A stretch of DNA of 64,000 nt, from positions 15,500,001 through 15,564,000 of the forward strand of contig OZ004613.1 in NCBI GenBank assembly GCA_963924565.1. Direction: 5' to 3'. The DNA comes from Ascidiella aspersa (lineage: Eukaryota). This document shows, piece after piece, positions 13,501 to 26,978 of the stretch. The position numbers and the translations under genes were made by a program. Within the stretch, counting starts at the first letter, position 1; every line of letters begins with the position of its first letter. The notes below the pieces were generated by a model, which was given only the letters and a program-made list of their open reading frames with translations, had not been told where the DNA came from and ran no database searches.

Positions 13501-15554
13501 ACTGTTGTGGTGGTAAAACCTGCTGCGCAGTCACCCACACCTGCGCAGTCACCCGCACCTGCGCTTACTTTGTCCGCCTGATAAAAAAACCATTAGCAGA
13601 GTGCGCACGATCACGTGGTTCCTATGTTAGGAGAAGTGTGCGTACTGGACAATGTGACGAAAAGGAAATCGGCTGCGGTTTGTGTTATGACGAGTTAACT
13701 TGTTATACATGTTGGGATCATAACAAATTTTAATATCTAGGCTGTGTTTATGCCAAACAGAATAAAAGCATATCAAACGACCTTGTAGAAAGCAAAAAAA
13801 AAATATAAATAAAAGTTGCAATAATTATATTATTATCGTTTATATTCATTGTAGTTTTTAATGTTTAAAGACATTTTTTTAATACCTAAATTAGAGAAAA
13901 AGTTACTACTTATTTTCGAAGTTTTTTATACTGATAAATAAAATTCTTACTGATTGTTTACAAATCTAAAACCATAAAAATAATGTAATAATTTATTCAC
14001 TAAAAAAAGAGAATTTACTTGTTCTTACCCAAGGGAACTTTTTACATTTTGTGGAACCTGGGGTACTAGGAAACCATGATTAAGAACAGTTGTTGTAGAC
14101 AAACTGAAAAAAACTATATATTAACATATTTGCAATACTCACAAACTTAAGCAAAAAAATGTTTTCACGCAGAGATCCGAGACAACCAGAAAAACTAAGA
14201 ATGAACATCACAAGTGCAACAATAATGATGACGAGAACTGGATCAATTGGAAGCGAACTGATGACTGACAGATTGTCAAAGAATCCCTGAAAACATTAAA
14301 ATAATAGAATGGATATTAGTACAAATTTTTGATATTCCATTTTGCTAAATAATCTTTTGATATAAATATGTACTTGACAAGCAAAACATACAGAGCACAT
14401 TGCCACGAAACCACTGTATACTTCAGTTATATGTGTTGTCTAGCCTGTGAAACAAACCTGCAAGTAGGCTCTTCACATTACTTGCACTTTTATATGTACT
14501 ATGCAAATTATTTCTAAATTTTCCCTCAATAACTAAATTGCTTTTTTTAGTTGGAAACAATACATTGCAACTTTTTAAAAATTAATGGTTTAAAAATTAC
14601 TTCAGATCACTGCTACACTCCCTGTCTTAACCACACTGCTACCTTTGCTAATTGATTTATCACTGCTTGCATTGCTATATCAGGCAACAGCAAGCAAAAC
14701 GATATTTTAAAAAGGGGCGCTACAAACAAATTACCCAAAAAGTTTTTTTCACACAACCACCAAATCTGGTCCTTAAAACTTTATAATTAAACCCCAATAT
14801 TTTCAAATATATACATAAAATATCTTGCCACTTCGTCCACATGAAACTACAGCTGAAAAAATCAGTTATTAAAAGCATAATGCAACACAGCAATAATCCC
14901 TAACACGATGGGTTAAAAAGGCTTTAAAAGCCTGAATTAGCCGGATAATAATAAACAGACCTTCCAACCATCTACCAGATAGCACTTTCACTGTAATAAA
15001 CTATGACTTCAAAATCTCAGTACAATGCAATGATGGTCATATCAGTGTGAAATATTTTAACACTACAAGCTTGATTTTTGTCTTAGTGGAGCTCAATTGG
15101 TCCATCTGTTTGATTAAAAGTCTATGTCCGTCTGATGGCAGTATTGTAATATTGAAAACTACAGTGGGCCTTCTACCTATTCATCCCAACATTTCCCAGT
15201 CATTGTGACTTACCTTTTCACTCCATGCCCATATTCCAGCTCCGAGCAGAGTGAGTCCAATAATCTAATACACAGAACAGGTCAATAAATATACATCTAT
15301 TCAATTTAACTTCAATTTAAACAAGTTTTAAATGTACATTATAGCACAAAATTAATGGTGATTTTAAATTGTTAGTAGCATTTTTTTATTTTTTTCAAGA
15401 AAAAAAGATTCTTAATACTTTTTATTTCCCATTACTGTGGGTATTTCTCAGTTTAATATGTTGAAACTTTATACAATAATGTGTGACATACCCAAAACAA
15501 CACGTTGAAGGAGAATAAGAAATACTTCGTACAGCAACCAACTTCCTGAGGCAT
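10576..15554 (-). CDS. TSPAN5: Tetraspanin of the TspanC8 subgroup (TSPAN5/TSPAN17-like), 271 aa, 7 coding exons
   Basis: Exons 15554-15492, 15264-15214, 14286-14143, 12690-12520, 11264-11061, 10872-10756 and 10641-10576, all phase 0 and GT-AG. Motifs EVGCCTKYFLFSFNVLFW, GCLGSLREN, YRDDPDLQN, CCG, CGVPFSCC and NLISDIEAVKAGW. Eight Cys in the large loop. Confidence 0.93.
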
Positions 15555-17110
15555 TTTATTGGTCTTTAATATTAAGCCAAAGGGCAGTTAAAGCAAGCAA
15601 TAAGTTAAAAAAACATGACCTGCATATAAAATTATAGAATTTGGCTTCTGTTTTCATATTAAATATCACAAGAAGAACATTCTTTAAGTAACATAATATA
15701 CATCTCTGTGTAAAGCCCTGGTTTGGCTTTGTTCTGTTGAATAAAACTTTCCAAAATAATATATATATATATACATCTGATTTTATGTACAAATTATATA
15801 AACCTTCAAGGAGGCTAATCCATACAAGACTAGACAAACATAGTAAAAGGATCTTTGACATTAAGCAGCTGTATACATGTTAAAATTGAACTTTTATGTC
15901 AAAGCCATACAATTCTATTTTAGTTAAAACAAGAACTGTAAATAGACATTGATTATGATGTAATTTAGTCTTTTGACCGAATATACTGTAAATATTTATT
16001 TAGTTAGTTAGTTACTTCATACCAGTAATGTCTAGTAAGCACATTTTATCGACTTGGATAAACGCATAACTTGTTTACAGGAATTGGTTTACCGCCAGAG
16101 ATTTATCAGAAAAAAACAAATTACCTTGAATTAACTAAAATTCTTATCCAGAATCAAATGAATTATAAAGATATACAAAATTTGAATCAAATTTGTTAAG
16201 TAGCATTACTTTTGTTTATGTTTTCACACTAAAATCTAAAGAATCGAATAAATGACACATATAAAATCAGTACTTTGTGTACACCCCTTGATTTGCATGC
16301 AATCGGCTGGACTACGCATCCACTTTTCTTCTATATAAGTTTCATTGTCTCTTCAAGGTAAAGTTAACCAGCTACTTACGGTAGGGTTCCCCTTTTTCCC
16401 GGATTTTGTCACTCCAGGGAAACGGGATTCCCGACAAAAAAATTATACCTAAAATTATGTCATTATGACGTTTAAAATTATTTTATGTTAGCTCCAAAAA
16501 TTTAATTGACCTCATTTATGTTCTGTAGTCTTGCTTCTGCAATCTTACAAGACCTTCTCGTATTAAAGTCAGCACCCTTTTTTTGTTTTTATTTTAAAAA
16601 AAGCGCAATTTTTTTGGTAGAATAAATTTTATTAAGTTTTTCCGCTGGTAAGCGCAAATAAAGCCACTCAGGCAACGGCTTTCACAGGGTTGATAATTTT
16701 TTTTCTTTATATCAGTCAAAAACGAACTTACGGGTGTTGGTCTAGAATATCACCACTTTTTTACAGTAACAAAACAAGTTGTCAAACATGAAATTGCAAG
16801 GAAGAAATATAAATTGGAGAATACATATAATAATAATACTTCATCCACCCAAGCGGTAACACATACCTCAACCCAAATGACATTAGCAATATAAACAGCC
16901 AGAAGAAAATGTGTTAGAATTCCAAACCAACGGAGAGAAATCTTACATAATAAAAGTAGTAAATTTACAGGGTTAAAAAATTGAAAACTTATTCAGTAGA
17001 AGTATGTTTTTTATCAAGCTAGAATACTCTTAAATTGCAGATGTTACATATATTTATGAGCAATAAAAAAAGCTAATGCAAGTGCAAAACATAAAAGCTA
17101 TAAAACACTT

Positions 17111-17322
17111 GGCGCTGGTCTAGAATCCTACCACAGTTCTAAAATCAACGCACAAAATTTGGCGCTCTTTCACTAGCGCCCAAAATTTGAGGTAGGTGTG
17201 GGTGGGTCAAGTATTATTTTATTCTTTATTTAATAATAATACTTGACCCACCTTTACCCAAACGCTAACCCGCACCCTAACCCAAAAGGTGTTTCGTTGT
17301 GGTAGGATTCTAGACCAGCGCC
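17111..17322. mobile_element. Palindromic MITE, 25-bp TIR starting GG, 8-bp TSD (possibly Merlin-type)
   Basis: TIR ggcgctggtctagaatcctaccaca. TSD aaacactt at 17103-17110 and 17323-17330. Second copy at 56223-56413. Confidence 0.9.
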
Positions 17323-17988
17323 AAACACTTTTCACGGGAATGTTCTTACCGTTTGGAACCAACAATAGTGACATTTACACATGAGAGACTCATGACTGAC
17401 TTACAATTTTTACAAAGACAATAATCAATGAATATAATGATTAGAGCCCAGTAACGTGTTTCACAGTTTTTGCAAAAAAAGAGTACAGTGTGAATAAGAT
17501 TCGGTTTTACACGTACGTAACAACAAAACAGGCAACACAAATAATTAACAAATGGGTGAGGAGTAACTATCTATCTTGGTATAAACTAACAAATCTAGTT
17601 GAAGAAAAACTGTCAAAACTTTTCCAAAATCGAGCAACTTCGTAAGAATCGTAAGAACACAAAACAGTGCTGTGTTTTGCTTTTTGGACTCATTGACTTG
17701 AACATCTCCGACTCGCCTGATAATAACCGCAGGTCCGCAGTCACTGAACTCCTTGCCTTAACTTAATATGACGTCTATAATATACGCCTTGTCCACTCAT
17801 GTATGACTCACAATGAAAATGGGTAGATGCGGTACCAGTGCTCCACACCCTTTTTTAGTTGTAGGAATACTTGTTTAACGACCGAAAAAAGTATTTCTAA
17901 AACAACTAACGTGTTGACAAATATACAAGAAAGCGAATCACTAAATATTATGGATAGGACGAATATTGTTATATCTATCTATAATTCT

Positions 17989-17999
17989 ATATATATTTA

Positions 18000-18039
<40 letters not shown>

Positions 18040-18043
18040 TTTT
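17989..18043. repeat. (TA)n microsatellite followed by poly(T)
   Basis: Read directly from the sequence. Confidence 0.9.
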
Positions 18044-19460
18044 CAAGCTTTTTGCAAATTTGATCTAAATTAAGTTTTGAACTCATGGTATTGGTAGGCT
18101 ACAGTGATTAACAACTTTACGATGACGAAAGTGGTCAACAAAAACTTTTCTAGGCAGTTTTACCAATTATTGTGACAATGGCGTAACAACCCATAATGTT
18201 TCGCCCCATCAAAGCTTTGTTTCGCCACTCCACTACAGTTCGAGAAGTTCCGAAATACATCACGAATTCGGTTTGGAAAATAAACTTACCGCTAGGTGTT
18301 GATAGAGAAATAAATGTTACGCGATTAGCCGATTGTAAGTAGTAATACAAAATAGTTGTCATCCAAATGTCATATTGTGTTTTGGTAAACGCCTTTAAAT
18401 TGCTGACTCAAAAGGACTGCATTTAAAACTTATTGCTATTTGGGTTTTTTATTATATAGATTAAAACCTTAAGGATATCTAAAAAATACGAACTGAAAAC
18501 CATTTTTCCTCCTACTTTCTGCAGGACTAAAGTTTTTCTATGTGATTACTAATAATAAAGACGTAGAATCGTTAAAAAACTTAGAAATGTCACATATTTC
18601 GCTGTTTGGACTATATATTTAGGCGATGAAAACGTGAATTTATTTAATCAACATTATTATTTGCACATTATCAGCTTCATCTGACATAGGCCTACAATAT
18701 GACCTCTTTGAGCTGGATTTGTCTTCTTTTCTCAAAAAGTGAATGGTCCTCCGAGGACCCTCAAAAATGCCCAAATGTCCCCTTTTTTCGCAAAAAAAGT
18801 TAAGGGAACCGCAAAGTATTCATGGTCTGAATCCGAAAAATAAATTTGATTTGTTGTTTTTGTAACTTTTGCCTGCAACTACCAAGAAAAAAAATATGTA
18901 AAAAAAAAGAAATTAAAAAAATGTCCTCTTTTGGGGTCATGAAAATATGGTAGCCTTAATCTAACAACATTCCACCATAAAACAAAATTTGGCAAAGATT
19001 TATCCGCCCCTGTCAAGTGTTAATTATTCCCCAATTTTTTTCTTGGTTCTTTTGCATTTCGCCTCTCCTGTCCTGTATATCCTCGTATGCCACATTTGAC
19101 ACCTTTGTCAAAATAGTCGAAATCGTTTACAAAATAAACAGAAGCCGTGGTGGTATTTTATAAATTGTTGCTCAGTTAACATTTGATCACAATTTAGTTT
19201 TGAATAAAACCAAACAAAACTGTAACGGTAGTAGAGCAACATATAGGTCTACCGTATACACGAACCGACAGAATTAACTACACAAACCAGGTTTAGCTCT
19301 GGCATTTTGTTTCACGATCACCTAATCCGTCAGAAGTTAGTGCAGCTTTAAGCAGAACGTCTGTGACAGTTAAGGCACCCAAGGACCTGAGATTATGAAT
19401 TTTAGGTCTTGTGGACAATACACTATAGTTTGACTTATAAAATGTGCATAGGAAATTAAA

Positions 19461-19748
19461 TTTAATAATAGCTGAACCACCCGAACCCAAACACTAGCAC
19501 CATAACCCAAATAATGTGCATTGATTTAACAATTTAATAAACGCTTTAGGTATAAGCCATAATTAAATACATCAATGTGTGACTTACAATGCCATAAACC
19601 TGAACAAATAATTATTTTACGCCCACTCGAGTTAAAGATATTTTCTTTACCATCTAATAATTATTTAATCAGCGCATAATATTTGGGTTAGCGTGTGTGG
19701 GGGGGGGGGGCGCTTTTGGGGTTCGGGTGGGTCAAGTATTATAATTAT
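19461..19748. mobile_element. Degenerate relative of the GG-TIR MITE family (two inverted halves)
   Basis: atttgggttagcg...gggtgggtcaagtatt and its reverse complement match the internal sequence of the 17111 and 56223 MITEs. Confidence 0.55.
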
Positions 19749-20553
19749 AAACTATAGTCCACCAACCTTTTTGTGTAAATATTCTGCCAACATTTTAGGT
19801 TTACCGAGTGGGCTACCTAAACTAGGTCCATTTAATGCATAGCCACGACCTCAAGTTCTGAAATTCAAACTTTTCAGGCCTTGAATGCCTTAGCTGTCGC
19901 AAACCTGTTCGTTTAGAACTGCAGTAACTTCTGACAGGTCGCAGGTGACATATAGTTGTGTATTTCTGATTTAGACAAATGTATTGGACTATAGAATATT
20001 AGTTTCTATAATTGAACATTATATGCTGTGTCTTTTTTCGGTGGTGGTATGCAAATATCCCGTTTTCTATCTTGATAATATGAGATCTTGTAATTGGAAT
20101 TCCTTTTACCTTGCAATTCCTTTTACCTTGTATGTCAACTATAAACTGTTCATCTAACAATATTTTTTTAGTTGTTAGTTATTTTAATATACAAAAAACA
20201 AAAATTATGCCAAGAACTTTTAAGATATTTGCATAAATCCGAAAAAAAATAACTGATTCGTGTTTCACCTGTTGTCAACAAAAACACCAAAAACGAGTGA
20301 ATGACGACGTTTCTAAACTTTTTTAAATTCTAGTTTGAAAAAATAAAAAGGAAAAGTTGTCAAACGGTGACTACAAGTTCTTTTTTCATGTGCATTGACG
20401 TTTTATGTAAGCGTGATGTTTTGGGGTCATATATAGGCTATACATATTAATCTCTATACGGTACATAATTCTTATAAATATTTAAATCACAAAACAAAAA
20501 CACGACTACGGCGAATTGAAATTTAACGAACAAAGGGAAGTCTTTACAAGTCT

Positions 20554-23500
20554 TTAAGCAGATTGAGCTGCTGTTGAGTTGGATGTGCCCGGCTGGTTTT
20601 CGTTCTTTGTAATGCCACTTTCGGTAGGCAAAACTTGGTCGTGGTCGTCATCGTCAACAATCAACATGCGGCGTATACTTCTCGAAGGCAGAAACACGTC
20701 ATCTCTATGACGTAAAGAAACATTAACTGCGAATGTAAAGTTCGCTTTTCGCGGCAAAATGGTCTTTTTTTGTTTAATCGCAAGAAATGTTTTTTGTGAA
20801 TACTGTTTTTTTAAATGAAGGTAAATATTGTAAATGAAACTATGTCTTTATTGCACACTAATTACTTACCCATCTCCTTCTGAAGCAAGCTTTCTCCCTG
20901 AAAAAATACATAGACCCAATGAGTGAAAATTAAAAGAGAATATTATTATTCCATAAACCAATCAAAATAGGCCTATACATTCCATGCGTAATATTTTACT
21001 GTTCAAAGGAGACACTCAAACGCTTTACTTAACCGCATTATCAATAATTTAAAAAATGTCAACACGTACGCTTTTGCCTTCTCAGACAACATGCCACTGC
21101 CGCAATCAGAATAATAACAAACAATATGCAGGCAACCGACACGGAAGCGGCGATGGCGACGTTTTTATTGTATTCCGAAGCATCGCCTTTCAAATGAACC
21201 AATTCGGTGGTTTGCGGGTGTCCAGGGTCGTTTATGATCACAGTGTAATCGCCCAGGTCGTCTGGCATTACCTATTATTTTAAGTTTTGAAGATTAATAA
21301 AACAAACCAAATATTATATTTTTCGACAATTTTGAAATTTGGATCACCTGGGAAAGTACTAAAATGACAAAATACATTATTGTAAAATTGTTTTTATAAG
21401 TTGCGTAAAAGAACTGAAATTAAATATACACAAACAATAAAAGAAATGCCATTCTAAAAGAAAAGGAGTGGAAGGTTTGAACATGTCTTGTGAATGTTTA
21501 ATTAACGAAATTACCGTACCTTGGGAAAATGTTTAGTAATAACTTGCTGGTGACTTTGCAATCCATCCAATAGAAATCCACCAATTTCACTTCCTTAAAA
21601 CAAATTTTCAATCACTCTTTATACCGTTACGCTTAAGCAGGGTAATTTGGGATGGGTCTATCTATATAGTGGCGACGGGCATAATGATATATTCTTGAAA
21701 ATTTAGTTGATTACCTATTGGTTTTGTTGAGATGTGAGGATTAGTTAGTTATTATTAGGGCCCGCAAAAGTCAATAAAGTTAAAAATTTTTAAGGAGCTC
21801 CGTTTGTCCACGAATCAAATAATAAAGTTGTTTATAGCACCTGGGGGACTGTTTCTAAGAAGTTTATAGGTTAAAATAAAGTTAAAATTTACAATAAAGT
21901 TAAAATTTATTAATAAAGTCAAAATTTGTCAAATTATGACTTTTGACAAAGTTTTTGTGTTTCTTGAGAGTAGTTTTTGTAAAAACGTCGTGAAAGCATT
22001 GTAAATCAGGAAATGCGACACAATTAAACCATAATGCCCACTTGGATCAGCAGTAACTTTTATCGCAAATTGTCATTTTTTTTATTTATTGTTACGCATT
22101 TAAAATATTTTTATAAAACACTTTATCTTCATAAACGTGGTCTTTTCGAAGATCAACAATTTGGATTTTAGAGATAGCCTACTGACATTCTATAATACAA
22201 AAATGCCCAAGCAAGCTAAATCGATCGCCCAAAAAACCGATGCACTTTTCATAATCCATAAAACACCTTGACTTTTCGACAAAATATCACGTTTGGGTCT
22301 AAAATCGACATAATATTATGTTTGGGTAACTGGCATCAATTCAAGGAAGAACTGTGGTTTATGTTAGGAACTCACCGTCTTTTATGATTTTTATGTTGCC
22401 TTTAGTGAGATTTTGGTATTTTGAATATACATGGATGAAAATGAATTTTGGTTGGCCTATTTTGGAATTGAAAGTTTGAACCCGTCTGCTGAAACCTGGT
22501 TCGTCTAAATTTACATAAATATTTTTAGTCATAAAAACAAATTATGTCATAAATAAGTAAATATCACAAAGATTAGCGTAATTTGGTAAAGGGTCGGCAT
22601 ATCATATTTAAGAGAAGTCGCAATATATATTGCTTAAAATGTTATCTATTATGTTCTACACGTGTTTTTACTTTAGTAGCAGTATTTTTCGAGTGTAATA
22701 ACTTATAAACAGATTGATATCCACGCGTGATATTTTTTCGGTCTTCCACAGCTGTTAAATAAGTCGAACGTAATAAATTAATAAAGAAAAAATTTAAATT
22801 AAGATGTTTTGATTACAAGCAGGAAATACATTGCAAATTAATTTGTTTCCATGGTTGAATAGTTTTGATCCCAGCCGGAGACTCAAACGCGCATCGGACG
22901 TGAATACCATCAACTTTCCAAGAAAATGTCAAATTGGCCCAGGAAACCTGTGATTACATAAAGCAGCCTGTTGTATTTTAAAATTATAATTTTTCATTTG
23001 GGTACATTATCAAGCTACATTATTTTTTTTTAAAGTAAACCAATTTAAATATAATTAAAACTTATAGGTTTATTTAGTAAATAAATCTTTATGACTGTAA
23101 AGTTTATATGTATTGGATAAACATTTTTTAATTTTTAGCTTGTGTTTGAACGACTTGAATGATGTATTACCTTATGTTGCTCTATTTTGTGGTGACCAAC
23201 ATACAATATGACCGACTTGTACTGGAAAGGATCTGGATTTTTGCAGAATAGCACGACTGGTTTTTTAGTGGGTAAGGATATACTTTTTTGTATCTTTCCT
23301 ACGTCTACCGTAATTCCTTAAAGCAAATGCATTTATTAGGTTTATTTTTTGCTTTAACCTAAGAGGGTGTACAATTTAATAAGAATGTCGTCGTTCACCG
23401 GTGCGATTTCTAATATACCAGGTTAAAATCCTCCACAAGTACTAACCTACATTTGCACATATTCATTTCACTTAAAAAATTATAATATTAACCAGATGGT

Positions 23501-25692
23501 AACCCGCAACCGCTATTCATGAAAAACGTTTTTTCATTTAAATATTAATTGTCGTCCCGACCTCTGTTTCTACAATGCATTCGTTTTTGCGTACTGTAAA
23601 CACTCGACTAGAAATTAGAACGCAAAAACTTGACTAAAGTCAAAACGAGCAATTATTCGATTCTAGTCTTTTTAAATAACTCAATTTATTACATAAAGCC
23701 TTAAGATTTGACATTTTAGTCAAACGAATGTTGCTTACAGCACACTTTTGATAATTAATAGTTAATTGCACAGCAAACCAATAACAAACCAATATACAAT
23801 ATCGGGTCGCCGTGTAAATGAAGGTTTGTGAATCGAATAAGCCCCAACCATATAAGTGAAACGTTATTCACTTAAAAACATATTTCTAGAAACAAATGCG
23901 TTTATTGTATAATTTATCATAAACATATATTTTTTAGTCAGCACAATAATAGAGTCAGGGGTTTATGGTCAGCTGACCTAGTTTACGAACCCTTAAATCC
24001 ATGTAAGCCTACTCTTATAAACAATCCTTATAAGTGGTCAAGGACCCTTGTTTAACAACCCCTGGGTTGCTCTGAGAAATACAGATTTGTTTGAAATCTA
24101 TATGACAATCGTATATATGGACGAAGTATTGTAACACGTTGGGTAATTATATTTCAGCAAAGGACTTCGCGCTACCACTTTAGACCCTGATCCTTTTAGT
24201 TGGTACAAAAGAAAGTATTTTTAAAATACAATGTCCTGACGTGCATTTTGTACCGCGAAACAGCCGTGACATCATATCCTGGCTATGCGATAAACAATGG
24301 CAAGTTTCGTGAGTTGAAAAAGACAATCTCAACACACGGTCCCAACTTCCTCTTATCTAACGCTAAATTATAACAACACTCTATAAAGGGCAATTCAACG
24401 CCTGACAACGAACTGTTTCAAAAACAAGTTTTCAATAGACACTTTTTTACGGCATTTGAATGCGCTTATATCCCGTTATATTTAAGATATATTCTTAAAA
24501 TGCCCTAGCTATCAGTCATCTGTCTATGAAACGCCATACCTGATGTTATTATTTTACAGGCTCTAATAAGACATGAAAACCAATTAGATACATGTTTACT
24601 CAAATCTACCTTTCCAACAGCTAATGTTTCCGGGATTGTCCCAACCTCCGGAGTCCTCGCATTTCACTGTTATCTGGTCAGTAACAGGATGAGTAAAGTT
24701 GCCGTGATTTGTCCCAAAGGGAACACCTTTTCTGCATTGCAAATCCACCAACTTGCTATTTAAGATAGATGATTTGAGTTCGCTGTTGGTATTTTGGTAC
24801 GTCGTACAGTGCAAATAACACGGGCGAAGAAAAACTAAAAACAACTTTTCAGATAAGGTTTGAGGTGTTTGTTTAACACTAGCTTACGTTTTATAGAAAC
24901 GTTTACTAGTGTCTATGTTAGTTAACCTAGTCTAGGGCTACTCAAACTTGGGTACGCGAGAGAAATTTCGGAGGTAGCCGAGCAAGTTATTTTACTGCTT
25001 GGTCCCGTGACAATTTTTGTAAAATAAATTTAAAATCATTAAGAAAATCGTTTGACACTATTTTCTGTCTTTTGTGAGCCATAATTGTCTGCTTCGTACA
25101 AATGAGCTTTTGAATTGCTTTGTCACGCTACTGTCCGAAAGAACATCAACTGTAGTGAAAAATCTACTACCTTGTTGATGATCCAGACCAGAGGCGTTAA
25201 ATGATCTGGTAATGTCTTTTGACTAACGTTTATCCTCGTTTTGCAGATAGACAATGTGGTTATGGCTTTATCCCACCAAAACACGTGTTTTGACTTTTCA
25301 ACTAATCATTTTTAAGGGGTACGGCATACATGCAGCTAAATCGAAAGGGTACGCAGCTAAAAAAAATTGTGCGAACCCCTAAACTAGTCTTTTGTGGGAA
25401 AATTTACAAACAGAGACTTTACCAAATTACACAACAATTCGAGTTTACCTTTTGGCGCTTAAAATTAAGGTAAGATAAAGGTGATTGAATTTTTTTTTAA
25501 TTAAGGTTTGTCCATGTTACAGACGGCAGATTGTCAATACCAGCTTATTTTGCAAAACACGAGCTATATAGTGTATTTTTTGTACATAAATACAAAGATA
25601 AAAGCACAATAAATTCAAAGTTTTTGGACATAAATACAAAGATACTTACAGCACATGCAAAATATGGTCAATCCGTTGTCATACAAACGCAT
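20554..25692 (-). CDS. Type I membrane protein, 371 aa: signal peptide, sushi/CCP-like domain, two Ig-like domains, TM helix, acidic cytoplasmic tail
   Basis: Nine exons: 25692-25650, 24834-24610, 23316-23171, 22947-22830, 22504-22376, 21593-21520, 21271-21070, 20897-20870 and 20704-20554. All GT-AG and frame-compatible (1116 nt). VKCEDSGGWDNPGNISC is sushi-like; VVLFC...WKVDGIHVRC and DDLGDYTV are Ig-like; TM VAIAASVSVACILFVIILIAAVACCL is followed by RRQKRRK. Confidence 0.85.
21756..22358 (+). mobile_element. Truncated copy of the TAGGGCC-TIR element at 31688-32392, in opposite orientation
   Basis: About 600 bp closely match the reverse complement of 32392-31760 (tagggcccgcaaaagtcaat...ggcatcaattcaaggaagaactgtgg). 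Confidence 0.88.
24933..25381. mobile_element. hAT (Buster/Charlie-like) MITE
   Basis: Ends tagggctactcaaact and gcgaaccccta. Flanks acctagtc/aactagtc form a 7/8 TSD with central TA. Confidence 0.7.
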
Positions 25693-25967
25693 CACTCAAC
25701 TATATATAAACAAACTTTTAAAACTTTTAATTAAAGTGTAACACCTATCAACAAAAAAAGTCGTAATTTTTGTATTTTACAATGCTGAACTCTCTTTCTA
25801 CCAACTAAAACCGTTCGCGCAAATCCATTATATTGTTGCACCCGTTTTCCACTGTCCAACGATAGAATCCAGACACAATAGCTTACGAAGTATAGCTATA
25901 AACAGTCTTACAGCGAACCGTGTGTTACGCACATCACGTCCGAAACTTAACATCCATGCTGCCAACA

Positions 25968-26266
25968 GGGGACGTGGCGTTATTTTGCACAATGTGCGCA
26001 AAAATGTGCACGCCAAAATGTGCAAAAAATGTGCGCACATTTTAAACTGCCTTCAAAAATGTGCACACTTGTTTCTAACAATGTGCGCACATTTTAAAGT
26101 TAGAACTCTAACTCTAACTCTAACTGTGCACATTTTTGAAGGCAGTTTAAAATGTGCGCACAAAAGTGTGCACATTTTTGAAGCCCTTTTAAAATGTTCG
26201 CACAATTTTTGCACATTTTGGCGTGCACATTTTTGCGCACATTGTGCAAATAATGTTCGCATCCCC
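25968..26266. mobile_element. Palindromic MITE built from TGTGCACA/TGTGCGCA units with a central (TCTAAC)3
   Basis: Long inverted arms (ttgcacaatgtgcgcaaaaatgtgcacgccaaaatgtgcaaaaa and its reverse complement), GGGG...CCCC ends, no clean TSD. Confidence 0.8.
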
Positions 26267-26653
26267 GTCTCCATGCTGCTTTGCAAAGGTCAGGCCATTG
26301 AAGTAAATGGACTTAGATTGCGGACAAACATTTTATGAAATGATTTTGTAAACGGTTTACGATAGATACCCAGGACATATCAGGAAACGTCAAGAATTTA
26401 TCTCATTTGCGGCACAGTTGAATCTTTAAAAGTTCGTAAGTTGACAGCATGTCTTCACAAAACAATACATTTGCTACCTGCTGCGCTATTGAATTATTAG
26501 GCCTACACATACCACCCAAAACCAAGCAGGATTAACAAAGTGTTAAGTGGATAAATTACGGCAGGCGATGGGCATTTTTTAACTTCGTGCGTTTTATTTT
26601 TTAATGTTTACTAACAGACAAAGAAAATTTGACGTTTAAATCTACCAAGGGGG

Positions 26654-26978
26654 CAGGGATCACCAATTTTTTTTTATGAGGGCTGCATTACTGCAAGGCC
26701 TGTGTCCATCGCGGGCCAAATAATTGTTAGGATTCACGGTCGCTGGGCTATATATAATTATTTGTCGAATTTATTACTTTTATAATCGTTTAAAAAATGA
26801 AATAAACAGCTATGTGGCAAAACTTAGTGAGCATTATAACTTTTCCTATACAGTTTAGAATTTCATCAAAATTTAGTTTTGAATTGTATCCGTCAACATT
26901 TCAAATAAACTGTATATTCATGAAGGAGATATGCCGCGGGAAGGATCTGGCCCACGGGCCGTCATTTGGTGGCCTCAG
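26654..26978. mobile_element. hAT-type MITE with GCGGGCC subterminal motifs, abutting the start of another hAT end (cagtggttccc at 26986)
   Basis: Ends cagggatcaccaa and ttggtggcctcag, with gcgggcc/ggcccacgggcc repeats. Confidence 0.6.

Noticed and set aside
17260-17285. CCCTAACCC as interstitial telomere
   Set aside because: Only 1-2 units, internal to MITEs.
25828-26338. Cys/His-rich ORFs (CAH repeats) on both strands
   Set aside because: Translation of the palindromic TGTGCACA MITE, not a zinc-finger gene.
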